DNA from: Tubiluchus corallicola
Taxonomy: Eukaryota > Animalia > Priapulida
Assembly: GCA_030141605.1 (NCBI GenBank)
Contig: JAQGDQ010000221.1
Coordinates: forward strand, 62,001 to 126,000
DNA length: 64,000 nucleotides
Direction: 5' to 3'
Shown: positions 36,000 through 64,000 of the stretch, piece by piece
Layout: every line of letters starts with the position of its first letter
Position numbering within the stretch: the stretch's first letter is position 1
The notes under the pieces: generated by a model
Told to the model about the DNA's origin: nothing
Seen by the model: only the letters and a program-made list of their open reading frames with translations
Database searches by the model: none
Position numbers and translations under genes: made by a program

Positions 36000-38759
36000 T
36001 TAATGCTCATGTTCCACTCACAGCTTTGGCCTTTACTGTAGTACGCAAACTCTCCACCAGGAGTTGACTGTCACTGATCTAAATGAGTGGGGTACTAGAA
36101 ACATACTTGCACAATTAGGCTTTGATACTTGACAAACAATCACTGAGTTTTTTAGATAATAATGTAATTACCTTTGTAAAAACATATTCACAAAATTTTT
36201 TCCACATTTGATAGAATGCTTGCCGATAAGCAACAAAGAAACGATTCTGTGAACTCAAATATTTATTTTCAGGTATTTTCTAAGCTGCTAACACCCTTCC
36301 CGTACAGGTTGGCATTTGCCTTCAGAGACTACTTAATCTTAATGGTTGTGGCAGAGCTGAAACCTAGCTCATTATCAATGAGAATCCTCTAAGACGAGAC
36401 CACTGGAAGAAGTTACGGTGCCAAAAATGAACTTGTCCAGCGACAATAAACAAGAAATGTTTCAAACTCTAAACAAATTGAGTATGTTTATAAAGAATTT
36501 ATATATCATGACTAGTTAATAATATTACTAATAATAATAATTTTTATAACAATAACAGTTTGTTTAGTGTTATCCGTTTATACTTTTTATGACAGCAATA
36601 AGATTGCATGCTTAGGAAAATCAATACTTTTGATTTGCAACAATTAGTAACTCTAACAATATTATAAATCAATTACACAATTTGTTTGGTACAGTAAACT
36701 TTTCTCAATGCCTTTAGTTAAGTGAAATCTTTAAGTACTAAGAATTTAAATACATAAAAACCGATTCGATTCACTATAAGACAAGGAGATGATGTGGAAA
36801 TTTCTCACACAGTTCCACGATTGGTGATGATCGTGAAAAGGTCAAAGGTTAAGTGTACCAGACAACACATCTATGTACACTTGTCAGTACACTTGCCTCG
36901 CAGTTCACACTGTTGTAATAGTAACAGTTTCAACAGCTAGCTAGAACCTTACCTAGTTCATTTTTCTTGTTCCCAATCAAGATCCTGCTAGTAAATCACT
37001 CTACACATAGAGTAATGCATAATTTTGTAAAGTCCTCGTAAAACTACTGAAGTTACTGAATGAATGCTTTGCCTTATCCACATATCACGTAACGATTGTA
37101 GTTAAGACACTGTAGTTGCTCTGGTACACTTAACCTTTGACCTACAGCAACTGCGCATGCGCACAACGAAACTGCGAAAAGGCTTATTTGTACCCGATAT
37201 TAATGTATAATATGCAAATGTTATGATATAAAGTGTGTTATAATCAAATGCAAAACTTCTCTTGACGTGAACTAACAAAAGCTTAATTACATTTCTGCTT
37301 CTCAATATGGCAATACTATCAGTAGTCTCACGCACATCAATGGAGAACGCTGCCGCAGAGTTGAAAAGAACTGACTACTGCTTGCACTCGAGCGACACAA
37401 CAAAGTCGACAGACAAAAAGTTCAGTTGGTTGTTACGTATTAAATTTGCAGAAATGTAGTCCCTGTAATTTTGGTAGACAACTCATTACGTTTAGTTAAA
37501 CCAATAATCTTTAATGTCTGTGCAGAACCAGAAAATCGTTAATAAATCATAATCGATCTGTTAATGGAACTGCAGCACCCCTATTTTCATTCAAAATTAT
37601 CGATAATATTCAATAATATTTTCATTCAAATTATCGATAGTATTCAATAATAATAAGTGTTTTTTTCTTTAGTTCTTTATTTATACTTGTACGGAACCGG
37701 AGCATGTGAGGGTAAGTACTGTTTGCTTCACAGCCCAGCACAGTGGTGTGTTTGGCTGTTGTGTGTATGCAGCCATGCACACATGTCTGAGACAACATGC
37801 CATATCCTAACGTCTGCTGCTAGGTAGAAAAGTACTGTCTGTAACACAGTAAGAATTTCCACGTGTTTCCATGTGTACCGTCATATTCTTGGATATGATA
37901 CGGTGTAAACTTAGCGTGTGTGCTTAAAACGTAAATTATTTAATAATGGACGTCTTGCATGCCCGAGAAATAAGTTCTGTGACTGTAAGTGAACTACAAC
38001 AGCTTAATTTTTCACAGTTGTCTCTCCATGAGAAAGTTGCAGTTAAGAAAAGAGGTCATTCAACACCTGATCTTCAAATAAAACTACATTAAAATTACCT
38101 ATGTTTGTTATGTCTTACACAGTATTAAAACAATACCTAAAAATTTTCTGAAGTAGCACCACAACTATTCTTTGCTACGAGCCACCACTGCCGTTCAGTT
38201 CAATGAAGTAAGACAAGAAGAAGCGTTTATCAGACACAAAACAACTTTTCCCACCAAACACCTTAATATAAAAAATTGTAAATGAAGATACTGACAGCCT
38301 CTGGTAATAATAACAGAAATTAAATGATTAATATTATTATGTACATTAAAATAAACAATTTTATTACAACATTAAATCATAATACACAAGCCATCGTATC
38401 TCAATAGCACCTAAACTATCCCAGGTTACTTATATAAACCCACTTTATTGTAGCAGCAGCTTTTTTGTAATAGAATAATTGATCAAAAGTTAAAGTTAGA
38501 CTTAATGTACACAACAAAAAAGGAACCCTAATGTGCAGTAGATAAAAACTTGATGATTACTTGAGCTTTGACATACAAGGATGGATTTTGTAGGCAGAAT
38601 TTTGAGCAGCCTCAAAAAGAAATCATGCAAATATTCATATAAGGTACAACAGTCTTATCACGCAAAATGTCGGCACAGAATGTGATACATAAATAATGTG
38701 ATGCGAAACCGTCTGCGCATTTCATTTGGAATGTATTTCCGATCAATCAGAAACTGTTA

Positions 38760-39242
38760 CAGTCAACCTCGGGTATAAGGTACTCGCTTATATGGGACAC
38801 TCACTTATAAGGGACCACCATCACGATTTTTCGTAACGTTTTTCCTATGTAAAAATCTTCGTATACAAGGTACTCGGATATAATGGACTTTTCGGTTATA
38901 AGGGACGATATCTTCAGGTGCCGCATAAGAGAAACCCAGGTAAATTACCTCGCATATAAGGGACCCTATGATCAATGCAAAATTGATGATTTGTAACCTC
39001 AATTTTTCGCAAAATCGGCCTTTGAACAGCTCAGTTTCCGCGATCACATATATCTTGCATCACTGAAGGAGCTTCTTACATACCGTTTGCACTGAATGTG
39101 TAGCAATAATCCATAAAAATATGGGTAAAACTACAGGTCTAGATATACCCTTAGCCTGACTCAACTTCGGCTATAAGGGACATCGGATATAAGGGATGAT
39201 TTTTTCTGGTCCGGAGGTGTCTCTTATATCCGAGGTTGACTG
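38760..39242. mobile_element. Tc1/pogo(Tigger)-like MITE
   Basis: TIR cagtcaacctcgg.tataag/cttatatccgaggttgactg; TA TSD; internal tataaggga subrepeats. Confidence 0.9.
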
Positions 39243-40100
39243 TAACTAAAATAACGTGTGAAACGGTCTGAGCATTCCGACCAATCCGAAACTGTTATTT
39301 AGCTCTTAGAAGCTATTGCTGATCTCGATATCATTACAATGATGTCAGCTCACATGGTATTTCTTCACAGGCAGACAGTTCAAAACCATGAATCTGCATT
39401 GCTCCTTGCTACATCAAAATGCTCCGGGGGTTTTTGAAATGCCAGTTGCCGGTCAACTCCAAATACATCTAAGCTCTGCTGCTGTACCTACTTTCACCGA
39501 TGCTGGGGCACCTCTTAGAATGCCGACGCCAATGAGTTAACAGTAACTCGACCTTTCTCATTTTCTTAGATATAGCAGCAAAACTGTACAACTGCATGTT
39601 TTGCGGATTTGAACTTTCTCAAATTCTTCAAACAAACGCGATGTCTGCCGTTTCATCATAGATGGCCATTTCCCTGCCTAAACAATAATGGCAGCCTTTA
39701 AAACACGTTCGGAGCTACATTATGCAAAGAATGCAAACTTGAACCATTTTTCTTCTACAAAACCTGGCCACCATAAAAACACTCGGGGACACGGCAAGAT
39801 GCGTAATCTTGACTCTACTTGATGCAATACCAAGCTCCCTGCCGCTAACTCCCAATTACAAAAATACTTTTTACCATCACAGGTCCAAGGCTAAACTGCT
39901 TTGATGCTCAAAAAAATATGACTCTTGACAACTAAGTCACTGCAGCAGCAGCCACACTGCCGAAGGACTGCAACTCCGACTTTTTTTCTTGTTTTCAAAA
40001 TAGAACTTAATAACAATATAACTTCCAGCAAACAAAGAATCACAGACGCCCAAAAAATCACTAAGTCGAAAGGAAAAAAAAAGTCGACAACCTCGAAGGG

Positions 40101-63161
<23,061 letters not shown>

Positions 63162-64000
63162 CTGTACAGATTGAAAATTGCTATTTATGGTATGGTTGAC
63201 ACCTACAGGCATTGTTCTAAAATGCATTTAAGCTGCACATCAAAATTGATACTGGGTTGCAATATGAAAAGAGAAGAGACAAAAAATACTTGGGCGGACA
63301 ATAAAAATGCCTTTGTTTCTGTCTAACTGCCCGGGTAATATTTTCAATCGCACACACGGTCGGGGATTTTATAATTTTTTTGTACCTTCACATACTTATT
63401 TGACACAGTCATATAAAAGCGTATTTTTAATTTAAAACGTAAAATGCAATAATTATTATAACATCTTTCTTTCCGGGAACGCAGGACACGGTCACATTTT
63501 TTCACAGCTAACTCTCAGCGAGAGTTGCCATTTTGTATGATGCTCATTGTATTGGCGGCTAAAAAAGTATCGAATTTTCTACAAAATCGGAGTATTAATG
63601 GCCGAGTGGTGTTGCCGCTTATACTTTAACTATCAAAATATACACGTTTATGATACAAGAAAGAGACTATACAATAATCGATAATTATATGATGATTTAG
63701 TAATGAGAAACTAAAAAACAAAGCATGAAAAAACGTGCATTGAAGAAGTATAAAACATTACTGCTAACCAGTGGGAAATAAACAAAATTTGATTTAAACT
63801 GATTTTAAATATTCCACGATTCAGCTTTAAACATTAGCAAAGCTTTAAAAAAATTATCCTCCCTCCCTATTGACATCTTTTAGGGTAACACAGAAACAAT
63901 TTTTTTTGTGGCCAGTCTCATAACTGAGTTGTCACGGCATTTTACTTAATAATCACAAGTATGACTGCATGAACAAATGAACCAGTTCAATACTCACTTA

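Overview
AT-rich, intron-rich animal (invertebrate-like bilaterian) genomic DNA; the species cannot be determined from the sequence. Three host loci are visible. (1) On the - strand (11476->817) is a disabled gene for a type-I membrane protein: signal peptide, LRRs, LRR-CT, about 15 EGF repeats in one large exon, a TM segment and an acidic tail. A ~5.1-kb block is inserted into its EGF array. The block carries the 3' half of a Gypsy LTR retrotransposon with the unusual integrase-before-RT/RNaseH (Gmr1-type) order, and the junction fuses EGF repeats in frame to the integrase. A second, inverted LTR copy lies at the window start. (2) A complete 11-exon RFT1 gene (+, 15448-34367) has a near-intact CR1/L2-group LINE ORF2 in intron 1. 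(3) A convergent SFMBT gene (4xMBT-SLED-SAM; -, 40101 to beyond 64000); RFT1 and SFMBT1 are also neighbours in human. Introns hold many MITEs (hAT, piggyBac, Tc1/pogo, Kolobok-like), SINEs, minisatellites and microsatellites. All coordinates were read by eye, and family assignments are motif-based, not database-verified.
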